Notes under the pieces: generated by a model | Seen by the model: the letters and a program-made list of their open reading frames with translations, nothing else | Told to the model about the DNA's origin: nothing | Database searches by the model: none | Shown here: piece by piece, positions 11,201 through 23,200 of the stretch | Layout of the letters: the number at the start of each line of letters is the position of its first letter | How positions within the stretch are numbered: the first letter of the stretch is position 1 | Position numbers and translations under genes: made by a program | From: Vicugna vicugna | Taxonomy: Eukaryota | DNA length: 64,000 bases | Reading direction: 5' to 3' | Assembly (NCBI GenBank): GCA_013265495.1 | Contig: MU061578.1 | Location: 4,041,308-4,105,307, forward strand

Positions 11201-14200
11201 TGTAAGCAGAAACCCCTTTGGTCTTGTCTCTACAATTTATCTTTGTTTAAAGGGTAAATAAAGTGGGGAGGGTATAGCTCAGTGGTAGAGCGTGTGCTTA
11301 GCATACACAAGGTAAACAAACAAACAAACTTTCAAAAAAAGGTACTATATTATATTTTTTTAAAAAGGCAGATAAGCCCCCAGGTCTTGCCTCCCTGTGG
11401 GTAAGTAACAAATCTTTTCTTCTGTTTAATCTGTTTTTTGTCAGTTTAATTTGCAGGACCCCAGGCACTGAACCTAAAATGGTAGAGGGAACAGTTTTTT
11501 TCCTCTCCTGCTCTTATAAAAACCCTGACCTTCTAGGAAAATTGTGCGTGATGATGGCTTTGCCCTCAGAGCTCAGGGCCCATACTCTCTCAGGTCAAAC
11601 ATAAGCATAAAAGGTGCTGACCAAAACATCCTTCAGATCTGAGGAATATCCTGATTTTTGTGCCTAATCTTATGGTAAGTGAATTTATGGTGGTGGCTCA
11701 GGTCATCCTGGCCTGCCTGCCTTCCTTGTTTGGTTTCTGGATTTGCAGAAGGACCCAGAAGGCTCACAGAGGGCAGAGAAGAGGCAGTGTCCACACAGGC
11801 CCTGACCAGGGCCCCTTCCTGCTGGGTTCGACCCTGAGGCCAGCCTGGTATATCTGGTTTCCTTGTATTTCTCTTGCCCAGAAGTGACCCCTCCTGTCCC
11901 CCCAGATTTGGGTGAGTCTCCAAAGGCACTGACCAGAGACCCGAGTTCTAAGAAACCAGGTCATCCTGAAATAGCTCTGCTCACCTCTGGGTCACAGTCC
12001 CAACCCGAGCAGGCCCCAGAGCTCCTTCATGGGGCTTGTTCCCATCCAGGCCATCCTGCCCCTGCCCTGCACCTTCACCTGCAAGGGCAAAGGCGGGTGG
12101 AGCTCATGCCGTGTTGTCACCAACTCCCATCACACAGGGGCTTTCACAAGTAGGTGCCCGAGCAGGCACCGAACCATGCACGAACATTCCAGAATGGGGC
12201 AGAAGGGCGGGCTGTGAGGGCAGCTTGCCCCAGACAGGGCATCTGGAGCTTTTTCACTTAAGTTCAGTTCTGCCATCAAAGGTGACTGAGATTCAGAAAA
12301 ACAGGGAAAAGAAGCCACCCTCCAATTCCTTGCCCCAACTTTAAAAGAAAACGGTTCATCTGGGACAGCGACATCCACACTGAGGAGGGCGAGCTCCATA
12401 TATCCCAATCTACATATTCCCTCAGGGTCACCACCGAGCCAAATGCCTCTGAACCCATGCCCAGAGGTGGCCCAAGCCAGCCCCACCGCTTTGGACCTAC
12501 ATGTTTCATGGACTTGTGAAACCCATTCGAGCATCTGCTGAAAACATCAGGAAAAGGATTAGCCAGTCCCATGTCTGGTCCCCAGGAGAAGTCTGCACAT
12601 TTCACACTGTAACACTTTGCTTGGATCTTTTTAATGGACATGTCTTAGAGGATTTCAAATTCTTTCTCAATTTCACATTCTGGCCTCAGGCCCCTCCAGG
12701 TCTATCTCACAGCAGGATGACCAGAGGTGGTGGCTGCATGGGACCGTGAATGCACAAGACACTGCTGTTCACCCTAAAATGGCTCAACTGACACCTACAA
12801 GTGTAACTGAGGATCCATGAGCTAGGCGAGTCTGGGGGCAGCCCCACCTACAGCAGCAGTGGGCGGCGACCCCACGAGCCAGACCCAGGGGAGGAGCGCA
12901 GGCATTTCCCAGGACAGCAGCCCAGCTCCCCACTTCACTGAAGGAATCAGCACCTCTGCAGCCAGACACAGGAGGCAGAAGGGCCAACTGGCTGCGTGGT
13001 CCCGGCAGATGAAAAGGAAAAACCCCCGTGACACCCCCTACCCAGAGTCAACGCAGACCCCACAGGCCAAGGGCTCACTCCCGAGAGATGCCCGCGCTTC
13101 TGACATCCATCGCCGGCCCCAAGGCATCACCTATGCTTTTGAGCGACCAGCTGTACGTACATCGGTGTTCCCAAGAGCCCCTCCTCTGGTTCTGTCATTT
13201 TCTAGAATAGCTCGCAGAACTCAGTGAAACACTTCATGATGTTCACCGGGTTACTAGGTCATAGAGGATGCGCTAAAGGACGCAGACGGACAGCCAAGTG
13301 AACAGGTACTTCAGGAAAGGTCCAGGAGGATCCCGAGTGCAGGCACGTCTGTTCCCGCAGCGCCGGGATGTGCCCCCTCCACATGGATGTAATCACCAAC
13401 TTGGATGCTCTCCAAACCCTGTACTTTAGAGACGTACATAAGCTCATCACATGGGCACGATTGATTATGAACTCAATCTCCAGCCTTACCCTATCCCTAG
13501 AGGATGGGGGTGGGGCTGAAAGTTCTAGGCTTCTAATCATGCCTGGTCTTTCCTGTGACCAGCCCCAACCCAGGAGCCCACTAAGAGTCATCTCATTGGA
13601 ACAAAAGAATTATGATGGTCTCGGAGTCCTGGGTCAAGAGCTGGAGGGCAGAGACCAATATACATATTTTCTATTATTTCACAGTGTGTTTCCGTTGAGA
13701 GATGCCAGCAGGCCACACGGAGGGCCGATTCTGGGTACGGGGTTGGGGAGAGTGTCAGCAGACACGGCCCCAAAGCCAAGAGTGAGCAGTGGGGACGTTG
13801 CTTCCCTCTCCCTGGTCTCAACGAGGAATTCAGACCCAAGACAGACCCCTCAAACCCAGGACCACAGCTACAGGGGATGAGACCCCAGGCATTTCCCCTC
13901 CAGGAGAACAACATGCAGCTGGTTGGTAGGTGTGGCCGGACCAAGCCAAGAGCTTTGGGGTCCCAATGCCCACGTGGACTCTACACTGAAGAGGAAGCGA
14001 TGGGAACCCTTACCATGCATAAGCCAGGATTTGGGACTTGTCATCGATCCCCACATGGAGATACTCGGGACTGGGAAGGAGGACCGGCCAGTAGAGAATG
14101 AGAAGCTTCCCTCCCATGATGCCCACTGGGTGGGATCTCCCCGTGCAGACCCGGCAGGGCTGATGACACTCCTGCTATCTGCCGTCACCCTGCTGCCCCG

Positions 14201-17200
14201 GGGCTGTTGCAACAGGAGCCCCAAAGGAGATGAAACCAGGGCTCCCGCTCAGCCCATGTCACCCCACACACATCCAGAGCCGAATGCTGCCAAGCAGGCA
14301 GATGCCACTAAGGCCATCTGCACCAGGCCTGGAAGTCAGAGCTGACCCTAGACAGATGCTTCATTTCTTTCTTTTTTTTCTTTTTTTTTTTGGTAGGGGG
14401 GGAGGGAGGTAATTAGGTTTATTTATTTACTTTTTTAAGAGGAGGTACTGGGAACTGAACAACCCAGGACCTTGTGCATGCTAAGCACGCACTCTACCAC
14501 TTTGAGATATACCCTCCCCCTTGCTTCATTTCTTATCTTAGTTTTATTTCAAAAATTTGAGTTGCAATTCACACAACGTTAAGTGTAGCTTTTTAAAAGT
14601 GCAGAATTCCGTGGCATTTAGCATGTTTACGTTATGTGACCATCACCTACATCTAGTTCCACAATGTTTCAAACTGCAAAGGAACCTTCCCCTCTGAGCT
14701 CTCACTGCCAAGGCTGAAACCCTCTACGCATGCGAGCATGTTAATTTTTTAAGTTGCAAAGTAATTAGAAGACAAAAGATGCCCCACTAGCATACATAAA
14801 AAGTCATTCCACCTGCAGGGGTGGGGGTACTGTCCGGCACACCCCGAGCAGCCTGAGCAACAGGCCGGCAGGACGCAGGGTTGAGCTGATCCCCACTGTT
14901 CCCCCCACCCGCACAGGCACGAGGGTCCTACTCGCCAGTCCCCCTAGTCTCCTCACCTCCCCCCTCCGCCGCCGAATCTCACTGAGACCTGCCAGCCTGG
15001 CCTGGGCTGCCCTGCAGGGGTCCCAATGGACTCAGGCCTCCCTTCACGCTCAGCCCCAGACTGCACCTCACACACAGTACACATGTATGCGTCTGGCAAA
15101 AGGCAGGGCCGGGATTCAGTCAGGGCTCTTTTAAACTCTTCTATGAGGAGCCGCCAACCCCACAGGCAGATGGCCACCAACCCCATCACCCAAAGATCAC
15201 ACCCATCCATGCCCCTTAACAGTTGGATTCAGATCAAACAGCAGAGCAGGCATCCTCCTCAGGACGCCATCCACTTACGTGTCCGAGCTGCCCGCTGGGG
15301 GCCGTGGAGCTGCTGGCGGAGGCGAGGTCTCGACAGCCCCAGTCACTTGCGGTTCCAAGGCTCTCTGCCGAGAAAGGGGGCAGCAGGCTTTGACTAGCTG
15401 CTGGCCGGTAGTAGAACTACATGCATGGAGTGTTTGGTTAAAGGAAATCCCACAAATTAGGGAGAGTGAACATGTACCAGTCTCTGACAGGATGGCTGTA
15501 GCCGCTGGTGAGAGTCATGAACGACTCGAACAGCAGAAAACAATGTAAAATTCTAACAGAAATAGCCACCCTCCCCGTTAAAATTAAAAAAAAAAAAAAA
15601 AGAAAGGCAGTAAATTCGGAGTTTGCAACTTTGCTCACAAGAGCCAGCATGAAAATTCAAAAGCTGTAGGGGGAAGTGCTGGGGAGCATCAAGGAGGGGT
15701 CAGGCCTGTGCATTTCCTGTTGCCGAGGCTCATTTCTGCCTTTGGGGACTTTTCATGGGCCCATCTGGCCACCAAAATGACCACAAGCCAGAACCTGGCC
15801 AAGGCACTCAGGACCCCGGAACACCTCGGAGGCGGGGCCACCCTGGGCTCTGTCTAACCCACTGCGCTGACCCTCCCAGTGTCACCCAGAGGTGGAGCTC
15901 CACCTGCCACAGAGGCACTTACTTTCCACATGTGCAAAGGCACAGAAAGGGCCCCGAGGGCAGTACCCGGTCTGACGCATGTCGTTGCACTTGGTTGATT
16001 TGTAGATCTAGGCAATAAAACAGCAAACAGAGAGGCTGGATCAGAATGTGTTTCCCCAGGGGGCCCAGAGCTGGTTGTGTCACCATGTAGAGAACTAAGC
16101 CCCAAATCACAACAGGGTCTCCTGAAAAAGTGCACTGTGGACATGGCTCCCTGCCCGCCGCCCTGGGATTCCCTGGTTGGCGAGGTGCTGTCTGCCTGAG
16201 GGACAGTGAGGGCCAGAGGCCGCTCCTGCAGCACCTGCCCTTGAAAACACACACCAAGTCAGCTTGTCCACTTGGCATTTCTTGGAAGAGGCACCTGATT
16301 TAGTGCCTGGATACAACAGGAGCTCAGGAAATGCCTGTTAAGTGACCACGTGCATTGGCTCCACAACCAGACCCCAGGCCACCTCACTGGGGTCTGGTCT
16401 CCCAGCACAGCTGACCCAGGAGGGACAATGGTCTCCACATCCCAGCCGCCCTCGCAGGCTTCGCCCAGATCCAAAGTCAACCCTGCCATCCTCCCGCTTC
16501 CCTGCCCGAAATGCCAGTCGTTCCTTGTGGCTCTTCAACTGTCCCCTGAACACCTGCACCGAAATCTTAAGGGTAAAGAACAAAAGCATTTTCAAAGGGT
16601 GTCTGATTCAGAACCAAAGATATCAGGAGGCTAAGTGCTGTCTCATGTGCATTTTAGGGGGGAGGGTATAGCTCAGCGGTAGAACATGTGCTTAACAGGC
16701 ACAAGGTCCTGGGCTCAATCCCCAGTATCTCCATTAAAAATAATAATAATAATAAATAAACCTAATTACCTCCCCGCCAAAAAACTTTCTTTAAAGAAAG
16801 CTGAGTTTCATATGTGTTTTTAAGCACAGACTCTCCAAGCTAGGGGCCAGTTAGCTCAGCTGGTTAGAGCGTGGTGCTGATAAAGCACAGACTCTCTGAA
16901 CAGAACACATTTTCAAGAAACAAAATACCACAGCCTTGAGGACAAGGTGCTGTGCCCCTCCCCGCCCCAGAGCCCAGGTGCCCCATATGGCACAGCCAGG
17001 TGTGTTTTTACTCCAGAGTCTGCTTTCACACACAGCTCCTAACTCTTCTGCAGCCTGTCTTGCTGGAGCCTGAACCAACGCACGCGGGCACAGTGTGTGT
17101 GTGTGTGTGTGTGCGTGTGTGTGCGCGTGTGTGTGCGTGTGTGTGTGCGCGCGCGTGCGCATAACAGACGGCAGACATTCCAGAGGTAAGGTGACATGTG

Positions 17201-20200
17201 AGATGGGACATCCACGCAGCCATGTCGTTATGAACAGCACCGCAGGCCTGACCTGAGACCAGGCCCACAGCCACGAGTACTACCAAGTCACTTTTTCCTT
17301 CTCTAGTAAGTCACGGCTGAAATACACAACATTAAAAACAAACTTGGCTAGAGTTGAAATTCACTAGTAGCCATGGCTTTTAAGTCCCAACTCTGCACCT
17401 ACACGATCCACAAAGAAAGAAGATACCCTGTCTGGGAAACAGCAGTAGAGCCACAGAGAAAAGTGGGCAGGGAGTTCAGACCTCGGGTGCAGAGCTGGGA
17501 GGAGAGGTGCTAATCCCCAGGGAAACCCTAGACGCCAAGGCTTGAGTGACCTCCTAACACTGACACCATGAGTATTGCCACCAACACTGTCACACGCAGT
17601 GGCTGGGAGAAAGAAGCATTGTCCACACGACTCCCTGGGTGGGGACAGCTGGAGGCTGAGGACTTGGACCCATCCCTGGGCCTTGTTCCTTTGCTGATTT
17701 GAATCTGCATCCTTTCAGTGTGATGAACCTTACTGCTGAGTCATGTGAGGCCTCAGAGGCAGCCCTGGACCTGGGGCTGGCCTCAGGGCGTCACCCGCCC
17801 TGCCAATCGGGGCCGCAGGCATTGTCATACCTCAGGGTGGAACTGCTGCTCCGTGCGCGAGTGGCAGTACTGACAGCTGTCCCCACTCTCGCACCTGGAG
17901 GGCTCGCCCCACTCGTCACCGTGCTTCACGCTGGGGCAGGGGGTGGACCTGCAGGGACAACCAGGAATCAGTGCAGGATGGATGTCCTCCCCGAGTGCCC
18001 TGGGGAGTCGGGCCTTCCACCTATGGCTGGGCACACCTGCACCACGAGGGGCCCAGGCAAGGGGCTCCCAGAAGCCCCGGCCCCTTCCTTAGGAGGACAG
18101 AGGAAAAGCAGGGTGGGTGCCCAGTGGGACCCAGGATGTACTCGGGAGCCCATTTTCATTTTCCATAAAGTGTAAAATGAGTCTGAGTCAGAGCCACCCA
18201 CACCGACATAAGCAGCATCTTGGAAATGCAGCCAGGCCTCCTGCAGCAGGTGGGGAGGCCAGGCCTGGCCAATCGCCCGCCAGCAAGGGGAGCATGCTCC
18301 CCAACTTCTTCTGAGACCGTTTCAAAACTGAATAAGACTTCTGGTCTCACGATATGAAAATTCTAACCAATACTCTCTGCCCTTCAGGGACTTCCTGGCA
18401 GCTTGATTGAACTGGATTTATTTTAAAAATTACCATCTGTGGGAAATAGGACTTTAATTCTTTTTACAGTTTTCTGTCCCTTCAATACACTGTAAATTCA
18501 CTTTGTCTTCTCGAGATGACATCTGGTGACTAAGACTGAGGGGGTCCCTGTCCCTCAACTCAAACTACTCAGAGGAGCAGTGACTCACAAGACGCTTCCT
18601 GCCTGAAGGTCAGGGCTCTATGGGCCTGCGAGACGGCCTCAAGTGATCAGAGAGCAGCTCTTTGCTCAGAGAACAAGCTGGACAGAGCTTAAGACTCAAA
18701 GGAGGACCAAGGTGAGGGTCCAGGTGCCCAGGCACCCCTGGGGTCCCATGTCCCCAGCCCCACCATCTGCCAACTTGGTAAACCCAAGGGGGAGTAGGGC
18801 ACCACGGTGAAGGCAGCTGGAGTGAGGAGGAGATGGCAGTGGATGCGAGCAGGACGGCCAGGTGCACAAAACAAACCCACCACCCAGAGGTTACCAGGCC
18901 CCTGGAGAGGGTGAAGTTGGGTTGTGGGTTGGTCCCCAGCCAGCAGGAGTGCACAAGTCACAGATGGGAGGCCAGGAGGGAAACGGGGGAGCCACACCCT
19001 CACAGCACCTGCCACCAGGAGGGATACTTGCCCAACTGGCTGGACGCCAGGGCCTTCAGGGAGGGTGAAGACAGCCGAGGGGCCGCTGCCTTAAAGAGAG
19101 TCATGTGCCGGGCGGGGAGCGCATGTGTGCAGAGGGGACCACAGAGCCAGGTCCACACCTGAGAAACAGTCCAGGGCTCACCTGTACTGGAACCTCCGGG
19201 GATTCCGCCGTCGGTCCCGGCTGTTGTGGAAGTGCGGGCACGCGTAGCCCTGGCGGCACAGGCGTGGGGGCTTGGGGCACTGCTCAGTCTTGTAGCTGCC
19301 CAGCACGAAGTTGGTGTCTGAAAAACAGGGGTCCCCCAAAAACGTGCACACACGTGCTCACATGGCAGCCATGAAGCCAAGAGGTGCCGGTCAACGGGTG
19401 ATGGATAAACACCATGTAGCCCAGCCACAAAGCGGAGTGTTACTTGGCCAAGAGGAGGAGTGAAGCACTAACACGCGCTACAGCGTGGCTGAGCCTTGAA
19501 AGTGTGATGCTCAGAGAAAGAAGCAGACACACAGGCACATATTGTATGACTCTACTTACAGGAAACGTCCAGAATGAGCAAATCCACAGATAGTAGATCA
19601 GAGGGTGTCGGAGGCCAGGGGCGGGTGGGGAGTGACTGACGGTGGAGAAGGGGCTCTTTGGGGAGACTAGATAGTTTTAGAACTAGATGGAAGCGATGCA
19701 TACACAACACACCAAAACCCCTGGAAATGGACACTTTAAAGTGGTGTATTTAACCCCAAGGTAAACCACGGGCTTTGGGTGATGCTGCTACATCAACACA
19801 GGCTCCTCGGCTGTGACAAATGTCCCTGCCGAGGTGGGGGTGCTGCGTGGGTGGAGGCAGCGGGTATGTGAGAACTCCCTGGACTTTCCACAATGTGGAC
19901 CCTCAACTTCTCTAAAAGACAAAGTTTATTTTTTAAACGGCTCATTTCATGATACCTGAATATTATCTCAGGGCAAAAATAAACAGAAAACCACGAGGGG
20001 TCATTGAAAAGCAGTAATTGATGAGAGAAGATTCTTGAAAACCATACCCATTCTTGGGCTGGTTAATAACTGACCTCCTGGTTTTGTTGTTTTTAACAAG
20101 GGCCGTTGTTTTTAATTACGCTTGTGCAGACGGGCCCAGTCAAGGCGTTGAAGGAAAGATAGTGGGTGGGTACGGGGAGCTGTGCATCACACCCCACTGA

Positions 20201-23200
20201 CCAGGGAGCTGGCAGCACCACACGTCCCTCCATGTCAAACTCAGTTCCAAATAACTGATTAAATGACAGGGAACGTTAGCCACACGGCAAGACATGGAGA
20301 GAACAGGGGCAGTTTGAACAGAAAGGACAATTTTAAGAAAATAAAAGTTGTAAAACAGAGGGGTGGGTAGAGTTCAGTGACAGAGCACGTGCTTAGCATG
20401 CACGAGGTCCAGGGTTCAATCCCCAGTGCCTCCATTAAAAAAAAAAAAGATTCAAGAAAACATGTAGAACATTTCTTCACAAGTATTGATCAAGGGCCTT
20501 GAAAAGACACAAGGTCCTGCACAGAGTGACACAAACCACAAAAAAGGGAGTGGTGTGGCAACGCCCATGAGTCACAGGGGCCCTGGGACGCCCAGGTGCG
20601 GGTGATGGATGAACAGGTCCAGCCAGATGTGGGGTATTACTCAGCAATAGGAAGAAACATGCCACCACATGCCAAAGAGACCTGGGGAACCCTGAATGCA
20701 CAGCACTAAGTGTAAAGGCAACACAATGTGTGATCCCAACAATGTGGCAGAACAATGGGGTGAAAGATTGGAAGTCGCCGGGGTGGGGAGGGACGAGCCG
20801 CAGAGTATAGAGGGTCTGAGGGCAGTGACACTATCCCGTGTGACACCCTAAGTAAGGATCTTTGTCATCACATTTGTGCCCACACCCAGAGAATGCAGCA
20901 CGTGGGCCAGGCCTGAATCCTGGTGTGAACTGTACAGTCAGTTAACCACCATGTATGAAGATTGGTTTCTCAACTATAACAAATGTCACCATGTCAAAGG
21001 AAGAGGTTCCTGCCAGGGCAGCTGGGAACTCTGCCCTGACTGTGCAATTCCTCTATAAACCGAAAGCTTCCATAAAAAATAAGGTCTACTAATTAAAAAT
21101 CCAGGCCACCACCCATGAGTGGAAAACGAAAATGTGGAAGCAACAGGCTGGAGAAGCTCTTCTGAGGGAGGAGGGGGTGTCAGTGCCACTGGTTTAATCT
21201 GAACACTGGGAGAGCGGGAGCCAGGGCACCTGATGTTCAGGACACAAATCTTGGGCGCAGGCGCTGAGGGTTCCCTAGCCTGACCCTGTCCAGGCGTCTC
21301 TTCCCTGCTCTCCTTTCTCAAGCTCAGTCCACCCGTCAGTGATGAGGGGACCCACACCCCTACCTGTGCCCTGAACCGGAGCCCACAGGTGCTCAGTACC
21401 AGACCAGGGAGGCCAGCGGGCTGGAACACAAGAAAGGAAGTTCCAGAAGGACAAGAACCCCCAGGTGCTGGCGAGCAGGGAGCTGCAGGCACAGCCCTTC
21501 CTCTGTGGGGAGCCCCACAGCGACACTGCAACACGGGGACAAGCACAATGGCACAGTGGGCCCCCACCCCCTAGAGACCACCGGAGGCCAGGTTCTGCAG
21601 CTGGGGCCAGGCCTGAGCCTGGGCGCACCAGGCATATCACCATAGAGGGTGGAGGGGCTGGGAGGGAGGCCTGGGCAGCTACCTTTATTAATTCATCCCT
21701 GAACCCAGGGTGGGCACAGGATTTGACAAGTGGAGGAAAGACCCTTGGGAATTCACTGCTGAAGTAACCACCACTTTGAGGTGTTCATGCACCTGAAAGT
21801 GAAGGTGGTCTGAGGACACACGTCATCACTCACAAGGGTCCCTGAAACCCTCACTGTCCTCAGGAGATGTTGGAACAGGCAGCTTCATAGAGACAGAGCC
21901 AAGCTGGTGGGTGCCAGGGGCCGGGAAGAGGGGGACCAGTAATGGAGATGGGTTTCCATCCAAGGTAACAGGAATGTTCTGGAACCAGATGGAGGTGACA
22001 GCTGCACAGCATGGTGGGTGTACTAAACACTACTGACCTGCTACTTTAAAATGGTCAGAATGGCAAATTTATGTTATGCGTATTTTGCAATTACAAAAAA
22101 AAAATCTCACTGCACAAAGCCATCATCTGTGGAGGCTGCTGGGGACGAGTCCCACTGCCCCAATGGACTCAGCCAGGAATTCACGTTTCAGACAAACCGC
22201 AGGGACCCAGATGCAGCTGATCTGAAGGCCACGTGGAGCCCACAGGGCAAGCATGAGGCAGAACACCAGCCCGGCTCCGGGACTGGACATGCAGTCCCCT
22301 TCCCCAGAGCAGCCTGGGGACCAGATGCCTGAGCTCAGATCCCACCTGGTCACATGCTGTAGAGGGGCAGAGGGTAACATGCTCGAACAGAGCCTTGTTT
22401 CCCCACCCAGCCTGTCAACAGGGCAATGACGTCCCCAGTATGGGCACTTTACAGACAGAGCTGAGCTCCCCAACCCCCTCTCAGGACAGCTACAGGGTTA
22501 CCTTGCCACCGGGGGTCCTCACCCAGGATCTTCTCCATCATGGCCTGGCTGGCCAAGACCCCAGGCTGCAGATCAGGGATGCCATCCCCGCCGCCGAGCT
22601 GGCCATTCTGCAGGGCTTCCTGGGCCTGCAGCTCCCTGCAACCAAATGATAAGCGGTAACAGCTCCATGGCCTGTCTGAAGCCTCTGAGGGGAAGAGATC
22701 CGCTGGGCCCTGCAGCTTTACGGAGCCACCTCTGAGTCACTGGAGATGCCAGCTGCCTAAGAGTTCAGGATGCGTGGCCTGTGGCCTCAGCGCCCCATCG
22801 TGAGACCACGGTCTTGGCCCAGATTGCAGCAGCCTCAGCCAAGAGTGCTCGCTGCGGACTTGTGGTTCACAAGCTCCCTTGCACCCATGTCAGCAGGAAG
22901 GAAATGGGTCACTTTTTCCTTAGAAATAAAACCAAGGCCCAGGAAGAGTGACCTGAGGCAAGTGACACCTGTAACATGGGGAGGAGGGCGGTGCCCAGCG
23001 CAGGACGCCCACTTACCTGATGTCACACACCGGCGGCCGCAGGTCCAGGGGGCCGTGAGCGAAAGCACAGTGCAGCCCGTTCTTTACGCAGTGGCCCCGG
23101 GCATCTGTCTCGTGGATGCACGTGCCCGTCTTGTAGTAACGCAGGTGGTACTTGCGCTCTGTGTCCCCAGTTGTCCGGTGCAGATATGGACACCTGGAGG

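Noticed and set aside
16657..16735. Functional tRNA-Ala gene (also the other SINE heads)
   Set aside because: Degenerate stems and boxes, SINE body and A tail, many dispersed copies.
16845..16883. Functional tRNA-Ile(GAT) gene
   Set aside because: The 3' half (T arm, B box, acceptor strand) is missing and the fragment is flanked by a TSD.
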